Origin: an uncultured bacterium
GTDB taxonomy: Bacteria; Verrucomicrobiota; Verrucomicrobiia; Limisphaerales; UBA8199
Reading direction: 5' to 3'
Assembly (NCBI GenBank): GCA_963749495.1
Contig: CAVVMW010000015.1
Span: 384,001-448,000, forward strand
Length of the DNA stretch: 64,000 bases
The position numbers were made by a program, and so were the translations under genes. Each line of letters begins with the position of its first letter. Positions within the stretch are counted from its first letter, which is position 1. The notes under the pieces were generated by a model. That model did no database searches and had not been told where the DNA came from. It was given only the letters and a program-made list of their open reading frames with translations. Below, one piece after another: positions 20,840 through 31,389 of this stretch.

Positions 20840-21218
20840 GGAGCGCGAGAGCGTCGGAGCGTGACAGGACCCTCCGTCATCGCCTCGCTCCGCGACGGTC
20901 GGTCTCAATCTCCGGCCCAAAGGGCCGGCAGAGCCTAGCCCAGGGCTGAGGCCGCCAGGCCGATGCCCTGGGAACATGTCTGCGTTCCCGTCCCGCGAAG
21001 CGTTTTGGACTGCGGCAGTCCTCTGCCGCTTTTTCGTACCCAGAGATTGGGACGCGAAAGCGGCAGAGGACTGCCGCACTCCAAAACCTGGCGGATTTCG
21101 GCGGTTCATGGAGAGGGCGCCAGAGCCCTCTGGCGCCCTTTGTCGCAGCCTTTGTCGCAACCTTTGTCGAGTTGGCCATGCCTCGACAAAGGTTGCGACG
21201 AAGTTTGCGACAAAGGTC
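20840..21218. repeat. Composite mosaic of at least four palindromic repeat families
   Basis: CGGCCCAAAGGGCCG..TAGCCCAGGG..CCCTGGG; REP doublet 20995-21094; GGTTCATGGAGAG; inverted 12-mer array (CTTTGTCGCAGC)x3 / (CGACAAAGGTTG)x3. Confidence 0.8.
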
Positions 21219-21256
21219 TGGGATCGGAGCTGCCCGGTTAATTTTGCCAGCCGCTC

Positions 21257-22205
21257 TCACAGCCCCGGAATCAGGTTCAGTCGTCCCTCCATAAACTCGC
21301 GCACGACACCGTTGGCCAGGCGAAGTTTCTGGCGGATGGGCAGTTCCGCGTCGCTCTGCAGGAGGATCATGCAGATGCTCAGCACGTCGCCGGTGCCCGT
21401 CGGATTGACCACGCTGGTGGCAAGCTCGGGCGGTTCGACCACCCACTGGCCGTCCTTCCAATAACCGGCGCCCTCTCGCCCCAGGTGAACGACGACGGCC
21501 CCGGCCCCCCAATCGGTCAGGCGCCCCAGGGCCGCCCCGAGGTCCGCGCAGTCAGCGAACGCGCACAACTCCCGCCTGTTCCCGTGCGCCAGGTCCACGC
21601 ACGGGAGCACCTCGCGCAGTTGCCGCTTGCGCCGGGCAATCGCCTCCCTGGAACCGCCGGACCATTCCGGGTCAAAGTTGATGTCCAGCGATGTGCTCAG
21701 GCCGCGCCAGGCGCGCCTCGGCCAGCAGACGCCGGTTGCCCCCATCGAGCATCGCCTCTGAGAACCAGACATCCGAGCGCAACAGGTGCCCGCAGCCCTC
21801 CAGCGCCCCAAGGTCCAGGTCCTCGAATGCCAGGGTGCGGTTATTGGGCAGGCAACTCAGGAAATGCCGCGCGCCGGAGGCGTAGCCCAGGGCGACCGTG
21901 GTGCCGGTGGCGCAACGGGGATCGCGCGCCAGGTGCGGCCTCACGCCGTGCCGTTCCAGCGCCTGCCGCAGCCGCTCGCCCAGGGCGTCGGACCCGGTCT
22001 TGCCGACAAACCGCACCTCGGCCCCGAGCGCCGCCGCCGCGCACGCGCTGTTGGCCCCGCCCCCGCCCACCGTCTCCACTATCCCCGAGACCGTCGTCTC
22101 GCCATCCCCCAGCAGGCCCGGCGATGCCGGCACTTGCTGCACCTTCACGTCCCGGTTGATGTTCCCCACCACGCACAACCGCGCGCGGGGAAAGGCCGTC
22201 TTCAT
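21257..22205 (-). CDS. PfkB family carbohydrate kinase; frameshift near 21700
   Basis: GGGGANSA..AA.LG, VGKTGSD in ORF 21672-22205; NPTGTGD in ORF 21257-21811. Confidence 0.85.
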
Positions 22206-22310
22206 AACTCAAGCTGTTTGTCGAGGATACCCACAGAAGGAAGCGAAGGAAACGAAGAATCGCGGTCCGAGTCCGGTAAAAGTTCCTCCGGCTTGCACCC
22301 GGGTGGCCGC

Positions 22311-22339
22311 TTGACCCTATATCGATTCTGATATAGGCT
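22311..22339 (+). promoter_or_regulatory. Sigma70 promoter with an overlapping palindromic operator
   Basis: TTGACC-17bp-TAGGCT; perfect IR CCTATATC-N6-GATATAGG 22316-22337. Confidence 0.75.
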
Positions 22340-22348
22340 GTATTCCCG

Positions 22349-22690
22349 ATGAATGGCAGGAGCCTCATGGTTCTCCGGGGCGAGATCAAAACGCGAAAGA
22401 AGCGACGACTCGATGCGGCTGGTTGGAAGGAAACGACCGTGCAGGAGTTTCTGAAGCTCTCCGAAGCCGATATGCAATACATTGAGGCGAAACTCGCCCT
22501 GAGCCGTCGGCTGCGGCAACTTCGCGAGCAACGCCATTTGACGCAGACCAAGGCGGCTGCCCTGCTCAAGACCAGCCAAAGCCGTCTGGCGCGCATGGAG
22601 GCGGGTGCCCCGTCCGTTTCCCTGGATTTGCTGGTGCGCGGTCTGTTCGCCTTGGGCGCCTCCTGGAGGGATCTGGCTGAGGCGGTTTAG
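22349..22690 (+). CDS. XRE-family HTH antitoxin (HigA-like), apparently fused to a 15-aa toxin N-terminal remnant
   Basis: RLDAAGWK..VQEFL.LS and LTQTKAAALLKTSQSRLARMEAG.PSVSLDLL. Confidence 0.8.
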   Translation: MNGRSLMVLRGEIKTRKKRRLDAAGWKETTVQEFLKLSEADMQYIEAKLALSRRLRQLREQRHLTQTKAAALLKTSQSRLARMEAGAPSVSLDLLVRGLFALGASWRDLAEAV

Positions 22691-22714
22691 CCTCTCTTTT
22701 GCCAGGCTCCATCC

Positions 22715-23694
22715 ATGTCACAGGATTCTACAGGGTCACAGGATTCTACGGGGCCGGACTCCGCTTCCGGAGCGATAGGCCGGATTGATGTCTTGGGCCT
22801 TGGTTGCGTGGCGGTCGATGATCTGCTCTATGTCCCATCGTTCCCTGCGGCCGATGAAAAGGTGCAGGTCCGGCACAATGTGCGCCGCTGCGGCGGCCTC
22901 ACGGGGGCGGCGCTGATCGCCGCCGCCCGCCTGGGTGCCCGTTGCGCTTACGCGGGCTGCCTGGGGACCGACGAGGCTTCCCGATACGTCGCGGAACACT
23001 TCGCCCGGGAAGGCATCTGCACCGTCCATGCGCCGCGTCTGCCGGAGGCTGCCGTGGTGCGCTCGGTCATCGTGGTCGGGAGCGACACCGGGAGCAGGAA
23101 CATCTTTTACCAAATCGGGGGCCTGCTCGGGGCGCATGATTCGCTGCCTGCGGAGGAGGTGATCCGCAGCGCCAGGGTCCTGTTCATTGACCAATACCGG
23201 ATGCGCGGCAATCTCAGGGCGGCGCGGATCGCCCGGCGCCAGGGCGTGGCCGTGGTGGCCGATTTCGAGGATGCGGCCGACGCCGGTTTTGACGAGGTTT
23301 CGGGCCTGGTGGATCACCTGGTCCTTTCCGAGGCCTTCGCGCTCCGACTCACGGGCGAAGCCGACGCCGCCCGCGCCGCGCTGGCCCTCTGGCGGCCGGA
23401 CCGGGCCGCCGTCGTTGTCACCTGCGGCGCCAAGGGTTGCTGGAGCGTCTCGGCCCCGGACAGCGTCCCTCCGATCTGCCACCATCACCCCGCATTCGCC
23501 GTCAAAGCGGCGGACACGACCGGCTGCGGCGATGTCTTCCACGGGGCCTATGCGGCGGGCCTGGCCCGGGGGAGCCCTTGGCTCAATGCATCCGCCTGGC
23601 CGCCGCCGCCGCCGCCCTGAAAGCCGCCCAAAGTGAAATCCCCCGCTTGGCCGAGGTGGAGCGATTCCTGGCGGGCAGGCCCAATAGGGGTTGA
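22715..23694 (+). CDS. PfkB family carbohydrate kinase; frameshift near 23575
   Basis: DVLGLG..AVD, GG....A..AAARLG, DTTGCGDVFHGAY; C-terminal IRLAAAAAALKA in the next frame. Confidence 0.85.
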
Positions 23695-23720
23695 CATTTC
23701 CACGAGGGCCGCGAGTCCGG

Positions 23721-23803
23721 ACCTTTGTCGCGGCCTTTGTCGCAGCCTTTGTCGAGGCATGGCGCATTCGACAAAGGCTGCGACAAAGGCCGCGGCAAAG
23801 GGC
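23721..23803. repeat. Inverted 12-mer tandem array
   Basis: (CCTTTGTCGCRG)x2 CCTTTGTCGA ... TCGACAAAGGCTG CGACAAAGGCCG CGGCAAAGG; same family as 21136-21218. Confidence 0.85.
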
Positions 23804-23870
23804 CGGGCCTTGGGTTGCTGGCTCAGCCAGGGGGTGTCTGGCCTCACTGAAGATTTGTTCAGGCATCTTC

Positions 23871-23906
23871 AACAAAACGGGCGGCCTCCCACCAGAAGGC
23901 CGCCCG
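23871..23906 (-). terminator. Intrinsic terminator on the minus strand with no obvious upstream CDS
   Basis: 10-bp stem CGGGCGGCCT/AGGCCGCCCG followed on the minus strand by TTTTGTT. Confidence 0.6.
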
Positions 23907-24092
23907 ACCTAAACTGACCATCTTTACGACAGGCGGATTTCATCACAAAGGGCGGAGGTTGAACATGGGGTAATCACCCCAAGGCCCCAGGAGGCCGCAA
24001 ATCGGTTCTGGGACGGGTGTTGAAGTCTGGCCGCCGTGTCGAGTGTCGAGTGAGCGCCGGTCTGCCGCCACTCGCCACTCGTCCCTCGCCAC

Positions 24093-24144
24093 GGGTGCGA
24101 TTAAAAGTGTCGGGCAGCTCAGGGCGCTCCTTTAATCGCAGCCC
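24093..24144. mobile_element. 52-bp minimal MITE with an 8-bp target-site duplication, inserted in a heptamer array
   Basis: IR GGGTGCGATTAAAAG / CTTTAATCGCAGCCC; CTCGCCAC at 24085-24092 and 24145-24152; flanking (GTGTCGA)n / (CCACTCG)n at 24036-24092. Confidence 0.65.
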
Positions 24145-24248
24145 CTCGCCACGCGTGGCTTGACAACGCGGACGCGCGGGGAGTAGGTTGGTTCAGTCGG
24201 CGGCAGCAGGTCCCTGGTGGTCCAACGGAAGGATGATGAGGCACGACT

Positions 24249-24917
24249 ATGAAACCGCACTTGGCTTTCAAGCTACTCGCCATCGCCACAACGGCCATGG
24301 CACCGGCATTGACACTGGCCGCTCCACCGTCGGACGAGCGCGCGGCGCAAGCCACTAACACCACACCCCAATTCCAGGCCCAGGCCTCCGATGCGCTCAA
24401 GCCGGCCCCGCCCACAGGCCGGAACGCGGCGCCAGTCCGCACGGCCGCGCCGGCCCCGGCCGGCATCGGCGACATTTTGAAGATGCTCGATGCCGGCGTA
24501 TCGAAGGAGGTCATTAGGATCTATGTCGAGAACTCGACGGTTGCGTACAATCTCAGCGCTGCGGACATCATCGCCCTCAAGGAGCACGGCGCAACGGATG
24601 ACATCACGACGGCCTTGCTGAAGCACGGGGCGGAATTGAGAGCGCGCGCTCCGGCGAGGGCTGAAGTGGTTGCCGCGGGACCTGGGGAGGCCTACCGCGG
24701 CCCGTTCCAACTCGATCCTGAGGGTTACGAATACTTCCATTACTACTACCTCTACCCGCGCACACTGGCATCGGCTTACCAGCAGTTGGCGCCTTATGCC
24801 ACCTGGCCTTATGGCTATGGCGGCTACCCGGCGTACGGCCCGGCCTACGGCCCGGGCTTCTCGCTCCGGGATGGGCGCCTGCGCCGGTTCAACCTGCGAG
24901 CGCCGCTGGCGCGTTGA
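24249..24917 (+). CDS. Secreted hypothetical protein
   Basis: Signal peptide; DILKM..AGVS..VI..Y...YNLSAADIIALK..G motif; Tyr/Pro/Gly-rich tail; upstream TTGACA-18-TAGGTT. Confidence 0.8.
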   Translation: MKPHLAFKLLAIATTAMAPALTLAAPPSDERAAQATNTTPQFQAQASDALKPAPPTGRNAAPVRTAAPAPAGIGDILKMLDAGVSKEVIRIYVENSTVAYNLSAADIIALKEHGATDDITTALLKHGAELRARAPARAEVVAAGPGEAYRGPFQLDPEGYEYFHYYYLYPRTLASAYQQLAPYATWPYGYGGYPAYGPAYGPGFSLRDGRLRRFNLRAPLAR

Positions 24918-24933
24918 GGCAAGTGGTGGTGAT

Positions 24934-26097
<1,164 letters not shown>

Positions 26098-26130
26098 GAC
26101 GGGTAAGGCACCTTGAAATCGGCAGTGGTC

Positions 26131-27336
26131 TCACCTGCCGGTCCTCAGATCCACGCACACCAGGCCGCCTTGCGCGCTGCGGGCATAGAGCAGGCCGTTG
26201 GCCAGGGCGGGCGGGGTCCAGCAGAGGCCCTGGAGCACTTGCGCGCGCGCCTGGGGTGCGAACCGGGCGGGCGAGGCCAGGGCCAGCACCAACTCGCCCT
26301 TCTCGGAGAGGATGAGCAACTGGCCGTCGGCGGCGATGACCGAGCCGAACGCCGGGTCTTTGGAAGTCCATTTGACATTGCCGCTGGGGAGGTGAAGGCA
26401 GCGGAAATCGGTGGTGAACTTGGCCTCGCCGTTGAAGGCGTAGAGGTAGTCCCCCAGGACCACGCCGGGGCTGAGGTGATTGTAGAGGGCCTTGGAATCG
26501 TAGAGGACCGTGAGCCGGTCGTTGGCGACGGAGAGCCAGGCGCAGCCGCGGCTGAAGCTGGAGATGAAGATGCGGTCCTCCTGAGCGATGGGATCGGTGA
26601 TGTTGGTGTCCCACTGGGTCTCCCAGGGATGCCGCCAGAGCTGGCGGCCGGTCGCCGGGTCGAGCGCCGCCAGGGCCTTGGCGCCAAAGATCAGGACCGA
26701 TTCCTTGCCGCCGGAATGGAACAGCGCAGGGCTGGCATAGCCCGTCGTATTGGTCCCGGTGGACCAGGCAATACGACCGGTGGCCCGGTCGAGGGCAATG
26801 CCGGCCTTGCCGGCATTGAGAATGACCAAGCCGCGCCAGACTAGTGGCGAGCCTGCAAACCCCCAGCGGTTGGGGACCAATCCATCGGCCCTCAGATCAC
26901 GCTCCCAGAGGACCGTGCCCTGGGCCGCGTCGAGGCAAAGTACGTTGCCCCACTTGCTGATCGTGAAGACCTGGCCGCCCTGGACTGTCGGGGTCGAGCT
27001 CGGACCGCCCGGGTAATATTGCGGGTCGAGCCGGGCGGGGTAGGTGTGTTCCCAGAGCACGTTGCCCGTGAGCGCGTCCAAACACCAGATCGTGTCCTGC
27101 TCGTTAGTGTTGCCCATCGTATAGGCGCGGCCCCCGCTGATCGCGACCGAGCAGAGACCGGTTCCGACGGCCGAGCGCCATAGGACTCCCGGGCCGCCCG
27201 CCGGCCAGGCGGTCTTGATCTGCTCCGGGGATTGGCCGTTGCGGTCGGGCCCGCGCCACTGCGGCCAATCCGCGCCCGGCGCCCCCGCCGCCGCCAGCAG
27301 CAGCGCCAACCCGGGCAGAATCCGCCTGACATTCAT
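26131..27336 (-). CDS. PQQ-like beta-propeller repeat protein (BamB-like)
   Basis: Signal peptide + ADWPQWRGPDRNG; repeated CLDA.TG..LW, SSTP, YASP. Confidence 0.9.
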   Translation of the reverse strand: MNVRRILPGLALLLAAAGAPGADWPQWRGPDRNGQSPEQIKTAWPAGGPGVLWRSAVGTGLCSVAISGGRAYTMGNTNEQDTIWCLDALTGNVLWEHTYPARLDPQYYPGGPSSTPTVQGGQVFTISKWGNVLCLDAAQGTVLWERDLRADGLVPNRWGFAGSPLVWRGLVILNAGKAGIALDRATGRIAWSTGTNTTGYASPALFHSGGKESVLIFGAKALAALDPATGRQLWRHPWETQWDTNITDPIAQEDRIFISSFSRGCAWLSVANDRLTVLYDSKALYNHLSPGVVLGDYLYAFNGEAKFTTDFRCLHLPSGNVKWTSKDPAFGSVIAADGQLLILSEKGELVLALASPARFAPQARAQVLQGLCWTPPALANGLLYARSAQGGLVCVDLRTGR

Positions 27337-27427
27337 GCGCCAATCCTGGGCCAGCGCCCCGCCAGAGGAAAGCCTGAACCAGAAGAACTTTGACCGACCC
27401 CGGAGTCGGGCGCTATATATTCTGTCC

Positions 27428-30400
27428 GTGAGCGATGTCTTCGAGTTGCGGGACCCAGACAATGCGCAGGCCTTCCTGACGCGTTTTAGCGGCGAGGTCC
27501 GGCGCAGAGGCGAGGCCTGTTTTCGCGGCGGCCGGGTCCAGGAGGTCGCCTCGGATGAGCCGGGCGTGGCGTATCGGACGGTGGTCCAGGACGGCGTGCC
27601 GCGCCAGGTGAGCCTGCGGTACAATGCCGTGGATGGCTGGTGGGGCAGATGCTCCTGCGCGGGGCAGTTCGAATGCGAGCACATCTATGCCGGGATGTGC
27701 GCCCTGTTGGCGGAGCATCGGAACCTGGTGGTCCAGGGCCTCAGCGCCAGGGTCCGTTGGGCGGCCTTTCACAGCCCCTCGAGGCCGGCCGCGCCGGTCG
27801 CCGAAGATGCCACAGACCTGATGGGCCGCCTGGAAGCGGCCCTGGGCCGGCGGCTGACCCGGCAGGAGCAGAAGTTTGTGAAGCAGGTCCAGTACACTTA
27901 CCTGGCCTGCCGCCCGAGCCGCCGAATCTCGGGCTGGGATTTCAGCGCGATGGGCTTGCCCCTGCAACAGGGGGTTGATTGGAACTTGCTTGAGATCTGG
28001 CCAGCATTTCCTGCGACGCTGCACGAGTTCTGGCTCTATGTCGCCAATGCCGCCCTCGAGCACAGCGTTAGCATCCCCGACTTCATGGAACCGGTCACCG
28101 ACCTGGGCGCAGTCAAGGCGCGTCTGGCCGCCTGGCGCCGGGGCCGCCAAATCCAGAAATGGAAACGATTCCTGGCCGACTACCTGCCCGCCTTGGCTGC
28201 AACGGCTGCCGCCTCCACGGCCGCCGATGAAGTTGACCTGCGCCTGGTCATCGGGCCGGGTGCCGCCCGGCTCCAGTGGCGCCGCTCCGGCGCCGAGTCC
28301 TTCGTAGAGCCCAGACAGACCCATCTCAACCGCGCCGCCCGGGCCTACGAACGGGGCGAGTTGCAGCTTGCCCCAGGGGCAGATTTGCTTTGGCAATTCC
28401 TGTCCGATGGACCTTTCACCTCCCCGACCACGGAACTCGATTACGAGGGGGGCTACAATGGCTCAGACCCAGGCATCCTGCGGCGCATCCTGCGCTCGGC
28501 CCTGCTCGAGAGCCGCGTCGTCAATCGTGAAGGCCGGCCCCTGGCGCGGTCTGCTGAGCCGCTGCGCTGGGAGATGCTCCCGGCCGCCAGCGACGAAGAC
28601 GACTACCGTTTGCGCCTGGTGGCCCCGGACGGCGCGCCGCTCGAGGGGATCTGCTCCATCATCGAAGGCCACCCAACCCTCTACCTGACTGCTAATGCTG
28701 TGTTCAAGGGCCCTCTCTTGGCAGGCGGCCACTTGGACACCAAGGGCGAGAGCCGGATTCCTGCCCCGGTCATCGAGAGCGCCGAGGGCGTGGCCTTCCT
28801 CCAAGCCCTGCGCATCGAACTGCCGCCCCGCGTACGCGCGCGCGTCCGCAGCCTGCCCCTCGAAATCGCCATCCATTGCCAGTTGGAGCATCCCGATCAG
28901 GCGAGACGGACTGAGGAGTGCGCTCTGCACATCCAGGCCCAGGCCCCGGACGGCCACGCGGAGTACTTCGACGGCGCGCGCTGGGTTGAGTGTACCGCGC
29001 CGGGCGCCCTCAAGCGCAACGGCCCCGCCACGGCCATCACGGTGTATGACCGGAGTGCGCTGGAGTCCCTGCCGCCCCTGCTGGAGCCGCTCAATCTCAA
29101 GTTCCAGGCCTTCAACTCCCGGCTGGCGTTGCGCGTGACCCGGAAATTCCCGGAGCAGTTCGCCGCCTGGCTCAAGAGCTTGCCCCCCGGCGCCGCCGTG
29201 CAGCTCGAGGGTGAACTCGCCTCGTTCGCCTCGACGGAGGTCGCCGGGCGCGTGCGGCTGCACGTGGAGGAGACCGAGATCGACTGGTTCAATCTGCGGG
29301 TCGTGCTCGACGTTTCCGACACCACTCTGACGGCCGAGGAAATCAAGCTGCTGCTCAACGCCCGGGGCCGATTTGTGCGGCTGGAGGGCAAAGGCTGGCG
29401 CCGGCTCCAGTTCGACTTGAGCCAGGAGGAAGATGAACGGCTGGCCTCCTTGGGCCTAAACCCGCGCGAGCTTTCCGCCGAGCCCCAGCGCCTGCACGCC
29501 CTCCAACTGGCAGATGAGGCCGCCAGAAAGTTCCTGCCCGAGCAGCAGGTCGAGCAAATCCAGCGGCGCGCCTCCGAGCTCAAGGCGCGCGTCACTCCGG
29601 CCCTGCCGCCCGGCCTCACTGCCCAGTTGCGCCCGTACCAGGTCGAGGGGTTTCACTTCCTGGCCTACCTGACGGCCAACCGTTTCGGCGGCATCCTGGC
29701 CGATGATATGGGCTTGGGCAAGACGCTCCAGGCCCTGGCCTGGCTGGTCTGGGCGCGGGACCAGGCGGACCCCGGGCTGCGCCCATCCGGGGGCGCAGCA
29801 GCCCAGGAGCGGGCCGACGCCGCTGCGCCCCAGGACGGGCCCGCTCCGGCCTCGCTGCCCAGCCTGGTGGTCTGCCCAAAGAGCGTGATGGACAATTGGC
29901 ACGCCGAGGCGGCGCGGTTCACGCCCGGCCTGCGTGTCAAGCTCTGGCCTGCCGCCGAGCTGGATTGCCTCAGTGCCCGGCTCGCCGAGGCGGACCTGCA
30001 CGTGATCAACTACTCCCAACTCCGCCTGCTGGGCGAGACCCTCGCGCCCATCCCGTGGTACGCCCTCATTCTGGACGAGGGCCAATACATCAAGAACCCC
30101 GACTCCCAAACCGCCCAGGTCGCCTGCGCCTTGCGCGCCCGCTATCGCCTGGTGCTCTCGGGCACACCCATCGAAAACCGCCTGCTGGACCTCTGGAGCC
30201 TCATGGCCTTTGCCATGCCGGGCCTCCTTGGCAATCGCGCCCAGTTCGCCAGACTCTACGACGCCAAGGACGACCCCTTTGCCCGCAGGCGCCTGGCCGC
30301 CCGCGTCCGCCCCTTCCTGCTCCGCCGCACCAAAGCCCAGGTGGCCAAGGACCTGCCCGACCGCATCGAGGAAGACCTCTACTGCGAGATCGAAGGCGAG

Positions 30401-31075
30401 CAGCAGACCCTCTACCGTGCCGAACTCAAACGCGCCCAGCAGTTGCTCCTGGCGGTCAAGACCCAGAGAGAACTGGCCGAACACCAATTCAATCTCCTGG
30501 CCTCGCTCCTGCGCTTGCGCCAGATTTGCTGCCACCCCCGCCTCATCAGCCCCGCCTCCTCCGCCACCAGCGCCAAGACCGAGGCCCTGCTCGAACAACT
30601 GGAACCTCTCGTGGCCGAAGGCCACAAGGTGCTCGTCTTCTCCCAGTTCGTCACCCTCCTGGACTTGCTCCAGCCCGTCATCGAGGAACGCGGCTGGCCT
30701 GTCTTCTACCTCGCCGGCGACACCGAAAACCGCGGCCAGTTGGTCCGCGACTTCCAGGCCGCCCAAGGCCCCGCCATCTTCCTTATCTCGCTCAAGGCCG
30801 GCGGTTTCGGCCTCAACCTCACCGCCGCCAGCTACGTCGTCCTGTTCGACCCCTGGTGGAACCCGGCCGTAGAAAACCAGGCCATCGACCGCACCCACCG
30901 CATCGGCCAGACCAGCAACGTCATCGCCTACCGGCTGCTCATCAAAGACAGCATCGAGGAGAAAATCCGCCAGCTCCAGAAACGGAAGAAGGCGCTGGCT
31001 GAAGAGATCCTGGGCGAGGAACGGTTCGCCCAAGGCCTCACGCTGGACGACCTGCAATTCCTCTTTGCCGGGTAG
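27428..31075 (+). CDS. SWIM zinc-finger SNF2-family helicase
   Basis: CSC...CEH SWIM; LRPYQ, GILADDMGLGKT, DEGQ, GTPIEN, SLKAGGFGLNL, QAIDRTHRIGQ. Confidence 0.95.
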   Translation: MSDVFELRDPDNAQAFLTRFSGEVRRRGEACFRGGRVQEVASDEPGVAYRTVVQDGVPRQVSLRYNAVDGWWGRCSCAGQFECEHIYAGMCALLAEHRNLVVQGLSARVRWAAFHSPSRPAAPVAEDATDLMGRLEAALGRRLTRQEQKFVKQVQYTYLACRPSRRISGWDFSAMGLPLQQGVDWNLLEIWPAFPATLHEFWLYVANAALEHSVSIPDFMEPVTDLGAVKARLAAWRRGRQIQKWKRFLADYLPALAATAAASTAADEVDLRLVIGPGAARLQWRRSGAESFVEPRQTHLNRAARAYERGELQLAPGADLLWQFLSDGPFTSPTTELDYEGGYNGSDPGILRRILRSALLESRVVNREGRPLARSAEPLRWEMLPAASDEDDYRLRLVAPDGAPLEGICSIIEGHPTLYLTANAVFKGPLLAGGHLDTKGESRIPAPVIESAEGVAFLQALRIELPPRVRARVRSLPLEIAIHCQLEHPDQARRTEECALHIQAQAPDGHAEYFDGARWVECTAPGALKRNGPATAITVYDRSALESLPPLLEPLNLKFQAFNSRLALRVTRKFPEQFAAWLKSLPPGAAVQLEGELASFASTEVAGRVRLHVEETEIDWFNLRVVLDVSDTTLTAEEIKLLLNARGRFVRLEGKGWRRLQFDLSQEEDERLASLGLNPRELSAEPQRLHALQLADEAARKFLPEQQVEQIQRRASELKARVTPALPPGLTAQLRPYQVEGFHFLAYLTANRFGGILADDMGLGKTLQALAWLVWARDQADPGLRPSGGAAAQERADAAAPQDGPAPASLPSLVVCPKSVMDNWHAEAARFTPGLRVKLWPAAELDCLSARLAEADLHVINYSQLRLLGETLAPIPWYALILDEGQYIKNPDSQTAQVACALRARYRLVLSGTPIENRLLDLWSLMAFAMPGLLGNRAQFARLYDAKDDPFARRRLAARVRPFLLRRTKAQVAKDLPDRIEEDLYCEIEGEQQTLYRAELKRAQQLLLAVKTQRELAEHQFNLLASLLRLRQICCHPRLISPASSATSAKTEALLEQLEPLVAEGHKVLVFSQFVTLLDLLQPVIEERGWPVFYLAGDTENRGQLVRDFQAAQGPAIFLISLKAGGFGLNLTAASYVVLFDPWWNPAVENQAIDRTHRIGQTSNVIAYRLLIKDSIEEKIRQLQKRKKALAEEILGEERFAQGLTLDDLQFLFAG

Positions 31076-31389
31076 GCCGGCCAACGCATCTGCGTCTTGT
31101 GGTTAGATGAACCACAAAAGAAAAAAACCTTCAGGATTTTCTCCGATGTGCCGATATATCGTCGGGGGCGTCCCAGAAAGACGTTCCCTGATCGGGTGGA
31201 TTTCTGAACCTGAAACATGCAAAACAAAGACCGGCCACCCGGAGGTGGCTCTTGCCGTTCGCACTTGGGACTGTGGTTTTGCTGAGTGCGAAAGGATCGA
31301 CGGCTTTGGCATTGCACGCCAGCGGCAACGACGCAACGATTAGGCCTGCTGCGAAGCTCAGGCAATTGGAGTTGGCCAGCACGGCTTTC

